A stretch of 32,000 nucleotides of DNA from an uncultured bacterium (GCA_964640155.1 CAZXEQ010000001.1:396403-428402); one strand, 5' to 3'. Counted from the first letter of the stretch, positions 16,588 to 25,255 are shown. Notes: generated by a model not told the origin, from the sequence alone. A program made the numbers and translations.

Positions 16588-17754
16588 ATGAAAAACCGAA
16601 AAAACATTCCCATCTCCACTCGTGTTGAAGCCCTTCCACCATCAGGTATTCGGGCTTTTTTTGATTTAGTTATTGGGATGAAAGACATTATTTCACTTGG
16701 CGTCGGAGAACCCGATTTTGACACGCCCTGGTCTGTTCGTGAATCTGCCATTTTTTCAATCGAACATGGGCACACCACTTATACTTCCAATAAAGGACTT
16801 TTAGAATTGCGTAAAGCCATTGCGCAACATTTGAAGAAAAATTTTGCTCTCGATTATGATCCAGAAAATGAGATTTTAATTACAGTGGGCGTCAGCGAAG
16901 CCATGGACTTGGCCATTCGCGCTCTTTTAAATCCAAAAGAAAAAGTGATTATTCCAGAACCTTGTTATGTCTCCTATCATCCTATGGTTTATTTAGCTGG
17001 GGGGGATCCTATTTATATTCCCACACAAAAAGAGAACGGATTTAAAGTTCAGCCTAAAGATATTGAAAAAACTTCAAAAGAAAAACCTAAAGCCATGATT
17101 TTCAATTACCCCTCTAATCCTACAGGTGCTTCTTATGATAAGAACGAACTTAGCAAGTTAGCAGAAGTATCAAAGAAAATGGATTTGTATGTCATCAGTG
17201 ATGAGATTTACAGCGATCTCTCTTATGAGAAGCCTCATACTTCTTTTGCAAGCTTTCCTGGAATGAAAGAACGAACATTACTTTTGAATGGTTTCTCTAA
17301 GGGTTATGCCATGACGGGTTGGCGCATTGGTTACGCTGCTGGACCTCAAGACTGGATTGCAGCTATGACCAAAATCCATCAATACACCATTATGTGCGCT
17401 CCAATTATGGGACAATGGGCTGCCTGTGAAGCTTTGAAAAATGGGCAAACTGCGATTTCGTTGATGAAGAAAGAATATGAACGCCGCAGAAATTTTGTTA
17501 TCGAAAGTTTGAATGAAATGGGCCTGAATTGTCACAAACCTGAAGGGGCTTTCTATGCATTTCCATCTATTCAAAAAACGGGTATCAACTCGATGGATTT
17601 TGCCAAACGTTTGCTTGAAGAGCAAAAGGTTGCTCTGGTTCCAGGCACTGCTTTTGGACCTTCAGGAGAAGGCTTCGTAAGAATATCCTACGCCACAAGT
17701 TTCGAAAAACTCAAAGAAGCAATGAAGAGAATAAAAATATTTATTAATTCATAA
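16588..17754 (+). CDS. Pyridoxal-phosphate-dependent aminotransferase, class I/II (aspartate aminotransferase-like)
   Basis: Typical features: STRVEALPPSGIR near the N-terminus, NYPSNPTG, and the PLP-lysine motif NGFSKGYAMTGWRIGY. The ORF is open from the ATG at 16543, but the ATG at 16588 (MKNRKNIPIS) gives the usual N-terminal length. Confidence 0.85.
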   Translation: MKNRKNIPISTRVEALPPSGIRAFFDLVIGMKDIISLGVGEPDFDTPWSVRESAIFSIEHGHTTYTSNKGLLELRKAIAQHLKKNFALDYDPENEILITVGVSEAMDLAIRALLNPKEKVIIPEPCYVSYHPMVYLAGGDPIYIPTQKENGFKVQPKDIEKTSKEKPKAMIFNYPSNPTGASYDKNELSKLAEVSKKMDLYVISDEIYSDLSYEKPHTSFASFPGMKERTLLLNGFSKGYAMTGWRIGYAAGPQDWIAAMTKIHQYTIMCAPIMGQWAACEALKNGQTAISLMKKEYERRRNFVIESLNEMGLNCHKPEGAFYAFPSIQKTGINSMDFAKRLLEEQKVALVPGTAFGPSGEGFVRISYATSFEKLKEAMKRIKIFINS

Positions 17755-17789
17755 ATCTGTTATTTACAAATTTCCACACCTAATTTAAA

Positions 17790-18416
17790 TTAATTTTTAT
17801 TTTCTCTTTTAAGCACAAATTTCACAGGAACTTGTAGAATCCGAGGACTCGCCTTTTCAAAATGCCATTCCCGAAGTGTTTTTATAACGGCTTCATCTAA
17901 AATTGAATAACCAGAAGTTTGAATAATACGAATATTTGAAACTTCTCCCTGATCATCAATATTCAATTGAACAATGGTTTCTCCTTCCCAACCATTTAAT
18001 ATAGCCACACGCGGATATCTGGGTGGCGGATAAAGTCCTTCTTTTTGATCCAATAAAACCCAAGCCCCTGAGATTTGAGGTAAAGGGACAACATAAAATT
18101 GTGCTCGGGATTTATGATTTTGTTTCTTAGGCTCTAGGATTTCTTTTTTCTGATTTTGAATTTGTCCCTCTTCCAAATCCTGATCTTCTTCATTTAACTG
18201 AGGATGAGAAGAGAAAGGAATATTCTTTCGAGTCTCAGGGGTTGGAAGAGTTTGTTGTTCTCCCCCACCACCACGAACAACAAACTCCATCTCAACACTT
18301 CCATTGCCTGTTTGAACAAGAGAAGGCTTCAGAGGCGAAGAAGCAAAAAATATAATTCCTCCCACCCCTAAGGCATGAAAAAATGTAGATAAGCCAATGG
18401 AAACAAGCATTTTCAT
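17790..18416 (-). CDS. tonB: Energy transducer TonB
   Basis: N-terminal TM anchor (MLVSIGLSTFFHALGVGGIIFF), a charged/Pro-containing spacer, and a C-terminal TonB domain (YPRVAILNGWEGETIVQLNIDDQGEVSNIRIIQTSGYSILDEAV). The track start at 18434 is a TTG, so I prefer the ATG at 18416. Confidence 0.75.
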   Translation of the reverse strand: MKMLVSIGLSTFFHALGVGGIIFFASSPLKPSLVQTGNGSVEMEFVVRGGGGEQQTLPTPETRKNIPFSSHPQLNEEDQDLEEGQIQNQKKEILEPKKQNHKSRAQFYVVPLPQISGAWVLLDQKEGLYPPPRYPRVAILNGWEGETIVQLNIDDQGEVSNIRIIQTSGYSILDEAVIKTLREWHFEKASPRILQVPVKFVLKRENKN

Positions 18417-18461
18417 TTTATAACCGTTTTGCAAACCAAACTAAGCATCCCGCGTCACAAA

Positions 18462-20321
18462 TTAGAACTCTGCCTTCACCCCTCCAAACGCCAAAATTCC
18501 TGGCGCTGGGAAACCAGAGGCTTCTTCATAATCATCATCCAGAAGATTTTCAATTTTCACATAAGGGCGAAAATGTTCATTCCACTGATAAGAAAGAGCA
18601 GCATCGACTTTGACATACCCTGCCAGATTAATCTCAAAATCCGTTCTTTCTCCCACCAAAGTCACATCCGAAGCAAATGTCCATTTGCACCACTCCAATG
18701 TCACTCCCAGAGAGCCTTGATCATCAGGACGACGAGGCAAAGCTGCACCTGTAATATCATTTTCAGCATCCAGATGTGTCCAACTTCCTCGAAGTGTCAT
18801 CCAATTCCATGGCTTCACAAAACCAGATAATTCCACACCATCGATGCTGGCCGCTGAAATATTATTGGCATGACCGATGAAAGGATCGATAGAAATCACT
18901 TCAAAGTCGATCAAATCATCATAATCATTTTGAAAATAAGCCACATCGAATCCTATCCTTTGTTCAAAAAAAGTTTGTTCCAAACCCACTTCCCAACCCT
19001 TGGATTGTTCTGCCTCTAGAGCTAAATTTCCAAAACTTGGGAAAACAAGTTCATTCACACTTGGCGCACGAAAACCTTCTCCCCAGCTGGCACGAAGCTT
19101 CGTCATTCTAGGGAAAACCCAGAAAGCGCCTGACACTTTTGGAGAAACTTCTGTATCAAACAAGCTGTGATCTTCTACACGGACACCCGGAACAATAAAA
19201 AGTCTCTCCCAAAAATTAAATTGATCCTGAACATAAAAAGCAAAATGATGAAGATCTTCCTGATAATGAAAATCCCCATTGGTGGGACTTCCTGTGGTTT
19301 TATTAGCCCCTTCTTCATCTTGATATTCTAAACCCACTGTAATGGTTTGAATATCTCCCCAGAAAAAATTATGTTGCCACTGCACCGTTCGAATCTCATT
19401 GGTAATACGAGATAATAAGGGCAAAGCAATCTCACCAGCATTAATCGGATCTGTATCAATCAATTTCTCATGAACAAAAGACAGGGTCAGGTATTGCTCC
19501 CACCATTCTCTGATCCAATGATCTGCTTTAAGTGCTGTTAATTGAGATTCTGTACGCAAAAATCGATTTGGATCTGGAATCGTCAAACCAAAATCTTGAA
19601 TTTCTTTTCCAGCACGAATAATTCTTGTAATCAAATCCAAACGCAATTCTTCAGATACATTCATACCTACGTTGCCACTGAAATGAACATTCTCATAACC
19701 ATCATTGTCAAATTCACCATCCGTGGTCAGATAAGAATTAGACAAAGAAAAGTCAAAAATCCCTTTTGCCCCAGAAGCTAAAATAGAGCCGCTTCCTGTG
19801 GAATTACTTCCTCCATAAGCATCTAAGGAAACTTTTGTATCTCCCTTTCCTTTTTTCGTAATAATATTAATGACTCCACCCATTGCATCAGAACCATAAA
19901 GCGTGCTTTGCGGACCTCGAATCACTTCAACACGTTCAATGTTATTCGTCATCAAATGTCCAAAATCAAAACTCCCAACAGTAGGAGCATTCACATCCAC
20001 TCCGTCAATCAACACAAGTGTTTGTGCAGAACTTGCTCCACGAAGGAAAGCAGTAGCATTAGCCCCATGGGTTCCATTGCGTATGATTTGAGTTCCTGGG
20101 ACGTCTCTTAAAACTTCCAAAACTGTTTCTTGTTTTGACTGATCAATTTCTTCTGCATCAATTAAACTATAAGATTGGGTCACATGGCTCACGGGTGTAT
20201 CCATACGTGTTGCCGTCACAAGAATTGGTTCTGATGTTTCTACATCTGCCGTTAAATAAATCCCTTGAAAAAGTACCGCTAAAACTGCAATACCGTTAAT
20301 AAATGACCCCCGCCCCCTCAT
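18462..20321 (-). CDS. btuB: TonB-dependent outer-membrane receptor, BtuB-like (vitamin B12/corrinoid)
   Basis: Signal peptide, plug motifs (ILVTATRMDTPVS, FLRGASSAQTLVLIDGV, IEVIRGPQSTLYGSDAMGGVINI), a long beta-barrel and a terminal aromatic residue (GGVKAEF). An AAGGAG SD lies upstream. The gene sits in an operon behind a cobalamin riboswitch. Confidence 0.85.
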   Translation of the reverse strand: MRGRGSFINGIAVLAVLFQGIYLTADVETSEPILVTATRMDTPVSHVTQSYSLIDAEEIDQSKQETVLEVLRDVPGTQIIRNGTHGANATAFLRGASSAQTLVLIDGVDVNAPTVGSFDFGHLMTNNIERVEVIRGPQSTLYGSDAMGGVINIITKKGKGDTKVSLDAYGGSNSTGSGSILASGAKGIFDFSLSNSYLTTDGEFDNDGYENVHFSGNVGMNVSEELRLDLITRIIRAGKEIQDFGLTIPDPNRFLRTESQLTALKADHWIREWWEQYLTLSFVHEKLIDTDPINAGEIALPLLSRITNEIRTVQWQHNFFWGDIQTITVGLEYQDEEGANKTTGSPTNGDFHYQEDLHHFAFYVQDQFNFWERLFIVPGVRVEDHSLFDTEVSPKVSGAFWVFPRMTKLRASWGEGFRAPSVNELVFPSFGNLALEAEQSKGWEVGLEQTFFEQRIGFDVAYFQNDYDDLIDFEVISIDPFIGHANNISAASIDGVELSGFVKPWNWMTLRGSWTHLDAENDITGAALPRRPDDQGSLGVTLEWCKWTFASDVTLVGERTDFEINLAGYVKVDAALSYQWNEHFRPYVKIENLLDDDYEEASGFPAPGILAFGGVKAEF

Positions 20322-20360
20322 ATGTATTCTCCTTTTTAAATTTAAAACTTTAAATATTTC

Positions 20361-20984
20361 TTACAGCACCTTCGTATATTCATAAAAAATCACCACAGCA
20401 ATAAATGTCGCGATCTCCATCACTTCCTCAAATAGCCATAATTGATTTCGCAAAAATCGAAACCAACTCCACAAAGAAAGCAAGGCAACACCTAAAATAA
20501 AAATCCCCAATGGACCACAAACCACACTTAATAGAATACAAATGAGTAATGCCCAAAATACATCTTCCCACTCATAGTTTTTAGAATCTCTTCGTTTTAG
20601 AACAAAAGCCCAACCTCCACTCGACAAAGTCACAGCAAGACAAATTGTAATCCAGCGTAAAGGCAAAGGAACAAAACAAAAAGCCAAGCCTTTCACACAC
20701 CACAAGAGAATGACTAAAAATTGATTTTGAGAAATTTCTAAAAGAGAATTTAATTGTCTTTTCTGCCGGATTAAAAATAAAAGTACAAATAAAATGACAT
20801 TTCTAAAATAAGGATGTATTCCAATCTTGATAAGATTCTGATCCAGAATCACTAAAAGGGTGCTGATAAGAATTCCAATCACAGGGAAAAGACAAAGAGA
20901 TCGAGAGCGTTCTTCTTTTGTAATGTCAGTTAACTTCCACTTTAAGAAAGTGAGAAGGCCCAATGCAATTTTAAAAAATCTCAT
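20361..20984 (-). CDS. Small polytopic membrane protein, first gene after the B12 riboswitch (weak CobS-like N-terminus; function unresolved)
   Basis: 207 aa with about 6-7 hydrophobic helices. The N-terminus LTFLKWKL...RSLCLFPVIGILIS resembles the CobS start (FLTRLP...FPLVG), but I see no counterpart of the HLDGLAD-type motif. Confidence 0.6.
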   Translation of the reverse strand: MRFFKIALGLLTFLKWKLTDITKEERSRSLCLFPVIGILISTLLVILDQNLIKIGIHPYFRNVILFVLLFLIRQKRQLNSLLEISQNQFLVILLWCVKGLAFCFVPLPLRWITICLAVTLSSGGWAFVLKRRDSKNYEWEDVFWALLICILLSVVCGPLGIFILGVALLSLWSWFRFLRNQLWLFEEVMEIATFIAVVIFYEYTKVL

Positions 20985-21028
20985 TATGAATCCTTTAGGT
21001 CTAGAGGGATAAGGGCAAGATAGGCAAT

Positions 21029-21060
21029 AAAAAAACCCAAACCGAAAATTCGGAATGGGT
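21029..21060 (-). terminator. Intrinsic terminator of the riboswitch expression platform
   Basis: The minus strand reads ACCCAUUCCGAAUUUUCGGUUUGGGU followed by a U run. Confidence 0.7.
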
Positions 21061-21296
21061 TATCTTAGAATTTTAAAAAGAAACACTTTGCCTGTAAAAT
21101 ATTTTTTCATCTTAACCTTCCCACGAAGGAACCTATTGTTTTTTGATTTACTTAGGTCTTCTGACTCCTGGATCATCCTACTCCCTTCGCCTTCCCATCC
21201 CAATCGCTATCAGAACAGTGGCCTTGAAGGTTTTGTCCCCAGTTACAGCGGCGGGGCCGCGCTCGGTTCTCACAAGCTTCCCTTAAAGTAAACATC
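21029..21296 (-). promoter_or_regulatory. Cobalamin (B12) riboswitch with terminator expression platform
   Basis: The minus strand reads AAGGGAAGCUUGUGAGAACCGAGCGCGGCCCCGCCGCUGUAACUGGGGAC...AAGGCCACUG...GGGAAGGCGAAGGGAG...CCAGGAGUCAGAAGACCUAAG. The last segment is the B12 box, at plus 21151-21166. An intrinsic terminator follows, before the ATG at 20984. Confidence 0.85.
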
Positions 21297-21299
21297 GCC

Positions 21300-21329
21300 A
21301 TTAGAGCAAACTTATCATCGAAACGTCAA
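21300..21329 (-). promoter_or_regulatory. Candidate sigma70-type promoter for the riboswitch operon
   Basis: The minus strand has TTGACG (plus 21324-21329), an 18-nt spacer, then TCTAAT (plus 21300-21305), just upstream of the aptamer. Confidence 0.45.
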
Positions 21330-21367
21330 TGCAAATCGGAACTAAGCGCGCTATACGTATGTTTTTC

Positions 21368-21494
21368 ATAAAAGTATGTTCTTTTAAGAAGTAGCGGGTC
21401 CTGCCACTCGACAGCCCCATCGTGCTCACTAAAAGTTGCGCTCGATGGGGCACCCCGTCGAGTGTCACCCACATTATAAAAAACATACTTTTAT
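21368..21494. other. 127-nt imperfect long hairpin with a GC-rich core (unclassified structured element)
   Basis: The outer stem pairs ATAAAAGTATGTT with AACATACTTTTAT. The inner stems pair CACTCGAC with GTCGAGTG and CCCCATCG with CGATGGGG around a 20-nt loop. The element lies between two divergent promoters. Confidence 0.4.
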
Positions 21495-21529
21495 TCACAA
21501 GATCAGCTGCGCTGAAATTCTCATTTTTC

Positions 21530-21558
21530 TTGCTTTTGACTAAAGATTTTCATATAAT
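21530..21558 (+). promoter_or_regulatory. Candidate sigma70-type promoter for the proline-rich protein gene
   Basis: TTGCTT (21530-21535), a 17-nt spacer, then TATAAT (21553-21558). A GGTGGA SD lies 8 nt before the ATG at 21611. Confidence 0.5.
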
Positions 21559-21610
21559 TTTTTCGTTATATTTGTATGGGGGCTTAACCTTAAATCGTAG
21601 GTGGACTGCC

Positions 21611-23455
21611 ATGCGTAAGCCTTTTTGTTTTTTGTTTGCTCTTCTTGTCTTCTCTTTTGTTCAATCCCAAACCTCTTTTTCAGATTCTTATCGTCCAGGA
21701 ACTCTTGATTTTGCTTTTGATGCCGGTTCTGATCCTGGACAAAACACATCTTATACGTTGAATATTTATGCTCCAGGCGTTGTAAGGGTCATGGCTGTTT
21801 GGAGAGGTCCTGCGCCGGCTTTAACATTACTTGTTCGTGGCCCTGGAGCCAGAACTTATCAGGCAAGAATGGATGGAACTTCACCCCTTATTCTCAACTT
21901 TTATGTATCTCCAAGACAATTATCAATCGGCACAACATGGCAGATTACCATTTTAAACTTAACAGGTTTAGGTGGTGGCTACGGACGTGTTTATATTCAA
22001 TTCCCCATACCGACACCCCCTCCGGCACCCCCTGTTAGATTTGATTATGCACATTACTATTATTATTATGGATTTTGGTATGAAATCCCTTTTATACATA
22101 TTCATACGGATTGGTGTGGACATTATAGAGGCGGCCCAGGCTGGGATAGACCTAGACCGAGACGACCAGGGCCAGGAGATGGCCGACGCGGTGGACCTGG
22201 AACTCCTCCAGGGGGATCCAGACCTACTCCTCCATCTGGCGGAAGACCAACAGCACCTCCAGGCACTGGGATGAGACCCACTGCTCCTCCGAGCACTGGA
22301 AGACCTGCGCCTACACGACCTCCACTAGGAGGTTTTAGACCTGATGATCGCATCGACCCTGAAAGACTTCGCACGGCTATACCCATTACTACTCGTCCTC
22401 CCAGACCTCCATTAGGTGGATTTCGTCCTGATGATCATATTGATCCAGATGTGATTCGCACCGCAGTACCCATTACCACTCGTCCTCCAAGACCTCCGTT
22501 AGGTGGGCTCAGACCTGATGATCACATTAATCCAGATGTGATTCGCACCGCAGTACCCATTACCACTCGTCCTCCAAGACCTCCGTTAGGTGGGCTCAGA
22601 CCTGATGATCACATTAATCCAGATGTGATTCGCACTGCTGTGCCTATTACAACAAGACCTCCTAGACCAGCATTTACTTTACCCCCAGGAGCTTTAACAA
22701 TTGCTCCTTTGACAACTCGTCCCCCAACTCCATTGGGGACATTTCCTCCTGGGATCACAACTAGACCTCCTGTCAGAACTTTGGGACCTATTACCGTTAT
22801 ACCGACTTTTACTTTTCCTAGAACAACAAGCAGTCCTAGAACTTTAATGCCTATTGATCCAGGACTGACATTACCTCCAGATATTTTAACAGGACCTCCG
22901 ATTACGCCTCCTCCATCTGAGATTCCGATATGGACAATGCCTCCTTCAGAAATTTCACCTGATGTACATCCAGATCGATGGAATGACGAAAGAAAAGAAG
23001 AACGATTTCCACAAAAAGGGTATGAGGATTCACAGAGATATCCTAAGCCTGAATATCAACCCCCTGTTGTTCAACCTTATTTCCCAGAAGAAAAAAGGGA
23101 TTTTCCTAAGTGGGAACAACCCTCGCATGAGAAACAAGCTCCTTATATTCCTGAAGCCCAAGAGCAATTTCCTCAGAAGGGTTATGAAGACCCAGGACAA
23201 TACTCTAAACCTGAGTATCAAGCTCCCATTCAACCTTCTTATCAGGAAGAAAAATATGCACCTCCTATACAAGAAGCTCCACCTATGGACCAACCGAAAT
23301 ATGAGGCTCCTCCTGTGTATGAACAACCTTCATATCAGGGAAAAGAGAGTTTTCCTCAAGATAATCAATATTCTGATTCTGGAGGAAAGAACGAGAATTT
23401 TGCAGGGCCCACTCAAGCAGATATGAAAGAAGATTTTAATCAAGGGAAGTACTAA
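21611..23455 (+). CDS. Secreted proline-rich repeat protein
   Basis: The ATG at 21611 gives MRKPFCFLFALLVFSFVQSQ (signal peptide). The track's upstream extension to 21422 runs through the promoter. A compact N-terminal domain (about 130 aa) is followed by a Tyr run (YAHYYYYYGFWY), then a long P/G/R/T-rich region with 29-aa repeats and a Y/P/E/Q-rich tail. Confidence 0.8.
   Translation: MRKPFCFLFALLVFSFVQSQTSFSDSYRPGTLDFAFDAGSDPGQNTSYTLNIYAPGVVRVMAVWRGPAPALTLLVRGPGARTYQARMDGTSPLILNFYVSPRQLSIGTTWQITILNLTGLGGGYGRVYIQFPIPTPPPAPPVRFDYAHYYYYYGFWYEIPFIHIHTDWCGHYRGGPGWDRPRPRRPGPGDGRRGGPGTPPGGSRPTPPSGGRPTAPPGTGMRPTAPPSTGRPAPTRPPLGGFRPDDRIDPERLRTAIPITTRPPRPPLGGFRPDDHIDPDVIRTAVPITTRPPRPPLGGLRPDDHINPDVIRTAVPITTRPPRPPLGGLRPDDHINPDVIRTAVPITTRPPRPAFTLPPGALTIAPLTTRPPTPLGTFPPGITTRPPVRTLGPITVIPTFTFPRTTSSPRTLMPIDPGLTLPPDILTGPPITPPPSEIPIWTMPPSEISPDVHPDRWNDERKEERFPQKGYEDSQRYPKPEYQPPVVQPYFPEEKRDFPKWEQPSHEKQAPYIPEAQEQFPQKGYEDPGQYSKPEYQAPIQPSYQEEKYAPPIQEAPPMDQPKYEAPPVYEQPSYQGKESFPQDNQYSDSGGKNENFAGPTQADMKEDFNQGKY
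22310..22668 (+). repeat. In-frame 87-bp tandem repeat array (about 4 copies; copies 22451-22537 and 22538-22624 identical)
   Basis: The unit encodes VIRTAVPITTRPPRPPLGGLRPDDHINPD. Unit boundaries fall at 22364, 22451, 22538 and 22625. The flanking copies are diverged or partial. Confidence 0.9.
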
Positions 23456-23467
23456 TTTGTTTGGATT

Positions 23468-23508
23468 AAAAAGAGGGAGTCCAGTTTGAGGCTGGATTCC
23501 CTCTTTTG
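23468..23508. terminator. Bidirectional intrinsic terminator between convergent genes
   Basis: AGAGGGAGTCCAG-tttgagg-CTGGATTCCCTCT forms a 13-bp stem, flanked by an A run upstream and a T run downstream. Confidence 0.7.
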
Positions 23509-23529
23509 CTTGAAGAACGACTTACGCCT

Positions 23530-25182
23530 TCAGTTTATTCTCTCTAAAATCACTGCCTTACCTTCTTCCTGATAAACAGCCCTAAAATACCGCTCATCTT
23601 GCAAAGTTTTAAAGTTATAGGGAATTCCAAATCCATAAAAAATTAAATTTCCATTTGTTCCCATATTCTCTGAAACAAAAAGATGTGTCGCATTATAGCG
23701 TTTCATCAAGGCAATAGCTTCTTCGGGATTATCTGTCGTGTAAATACGATAAACATCCATGGGAACGGTATAATTATTCTGACTGATAAAAGGATAAGTT
23801 ACATTTCTTAATGGGAAAGCCATGCCCAACAAAGCCCTTCCTCCCGAAAAACCTCCAAACATTTGAGCACGATAATAATCTGCAATAATACGATCTGTAG
23901 GTTTGGAATGTTCACGAAACCACTGGCCTGCACGAATTTCTTCCATTGTAAAACCAGCATTCTTCATGCGATCCGAAAAACCAAAATTGATCTGAATGTC
24001 GATGAGCATTAAAATAAAAATCAATGGGATAGGAATTATGCTAAAAACTTTTTTTCTAGAAAATCCCATGTTAAATAATTTTCGAACAGAATCCATCATC
24101 ATCAAGCCAAAACCTACCGCTAAAGGCTGTGCTAGGAAACAATAAAATCGAAAACCTTCCAAAGGTTTCCAAACGGTTGACCAAGCAAGTTCGTCTTTTT
24201 TGAAAAGAGATAGAATTGTTTCATTATGAGTTTCAAAAAGAGGGACCAATGCCCAGAAAAAAACCACCCACCCATATTTCAAAGGATTCTTTTTTCCAGA
24301 AAAGATTCTAAAAACAATCAGAAGAAAAAAATACAAGCCCGCAATCCCAGCTACAATGCCATAATCACTCAGTTTCTTTCCTGCTGCATAATTCCCACAA
24401 GAGGTCACAATCGATTTAATCCACCACCAATAAAGATTCGTCGGATACCACCAAAAAATGGTTATTAATTGAGAAATGGCAATCACAAAAATAAGATCAA
24501 TCCATAGTTTAAATTTTGCAATTTTTTCAAAAGAAAGAGCAACTGTAACGAGGGCCAAATAAACGAGAAGTAAAAAATAAAAGAGATGTGTCATGAAACA
24601 TACAGCTAAAAGTCCACCTAATATAAGAATACGAAACCATTTTGCAAGACAACTTGAACGTGCAGAACTTCTCCATTCCACGTGCTTAATCCATAAAAGT
24701 AAAACCAAAGGCGTCATAAATAAAACAAATGACTGCACATCACAAATCCCAGTCCAAAAAACAAATGAAGGCGTCAGAGCAAGAAACAACGTGGCTAAAA
24801 TAGCTACCCCCGTTCCCATCAAAAATCGGCAGAAAACATAGAGAGAAAGAGGCGCCAGAGACTCTATCCAGGGGACAATACGAGAAGCTACTGTTGGTAA
24901 ATCCTGATGAGAAATTTTTGCAAGACCATTTAAAGCATGAAGTCCAAGAGGGGGATACCAAAAAGGGACATAACCATAAGATTCATAGCGAATATCATGG
25001 TCTGTGATATGACCATGATCCAAAATATTTTGAGCCATGGTTAAGCGATACCAAATATCTGCTTCAAAAGTTAAAAGATGAGGGTCTTGTTCCAAACGAG
25101 GTAAAAGACGAAAATAAAGCCCGCTAGCATAAATAATCACAAGAAATAAAATTTCAAATAGAATTTTTGATTTTTTTGTCAT
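23530..25182 (-). CDS. GT-C fold membrane glycosyltransferase, STT3/AglB-like (divergent)
   Basis: 550 aa with about 11-13 TM helices. The first loop, LTFEADIWYRLTMAQNILDHG...DHDIRYESYGYVPFWYPPLG, resembles the STT3/AglB EFDPYFNYR...YPxG region. The soluble C-terminal domain has RIIADYYRAQMFGG where WWDYG would sit, followed by EEAIALMKRYNATHLFVS. Confidence 0.55.
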   Translation of the reverse strand: MTKKSKILFEILFLVIIYASGLYFRLLPRLEQDPHLLTFEADIWYRLTMAQNILDHGHITDHDIRYESYGYVPFWYPPLGLHALNGLAKISHQDLPTVASRIVPWIESLAPLSLYVFCRFLMGTGVAILATLFLALTPSFVFWTGICDVQSFVLFMTPLVLLLWIKHVEWRSSARSSCLAKWFRILILGGLLAVCFMTHLFYFLLLVYLALVTVALSFEKIAKFKLWIDLIFVIAISQLITIFWWYPTNLYWWWIKSIVTSCGNYAAGKKLSDYGIVAGIAGLYFFLLIVFRIFSGKKNPLKYGWVVFFWALVPLFETHNETILSLFKKDELAWSTVWKPLEGFRFYCFLAQPLAVGFGLMMMDSVRKLFNMGFSRKKVFSIIPIPLIFILMLIDIQINFGFSDRMKNAGFTMEEIRAGQWFREHSKPTDRIIADYYRAQMFGGFSGGRALLGMAFPLRNVTYPFISQNNYTVPMDVYRIYTTDNPEEAIALMKRYNATHLFVSENMGTNGNLIFYGFGIPYNFKTLQDERYFRAVYQEEGKAVILERIN

Positions 25183-25255
25183 AATTCAAAACTCGAGAAA
25201 GAGAAGCTTAGGAAATCAAGTGTATACAAGATTAAAAGAAATGATAAGCAGAAAA

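Noticed and set aside
16527-20111. Antisense or overlapping ORFs within the aminotransferase and BtuB genes (16527..16778 minus, 17278..17625 minus, 18429..18830, 19542..19781, 19903..20091, 19908..20111)
   Set aside because: They are shadow ORFs opposite well-supported genes, and I recognised no motifs in them.
21055-21498. Track ORFs 21055..21291 (+) and 21301..21498 (-)
   Set aside because: They overlap the cobalamin riboswitch and the GC-rich hairpin respectively. The RNA-level explanation fits better.
21422-21610. Upstream extension of the proline-rich protein ORF (track start 21422)
   Set aside because: The extension begins with a non-ATG start. It runs through the structured hairpin and a good -35/-10 promoter. 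The ATG at 21611 has an SD and is followed by a canonical signal peptide.
22310-22668. 87-bp repeats as a possible CRISPR array or mobile-element terminal repeats
   Set aside because: The units are directly adjacent with no spacers, in frame and translated as a 29-aa protein repeat. No cas or transposase genes are nearby.
21799-23426. Alternative-frame and antisense ORFs inside the proline-rich gene (21799..22038, 21972..22274, 22123..22386 minus, 22962..23426, 23030..23326 minus)
   Set aside because: They are by-products of the biased P/G/R and repeat composition. They overlap a gene that has a clear signal peptide and in-frame repeats.
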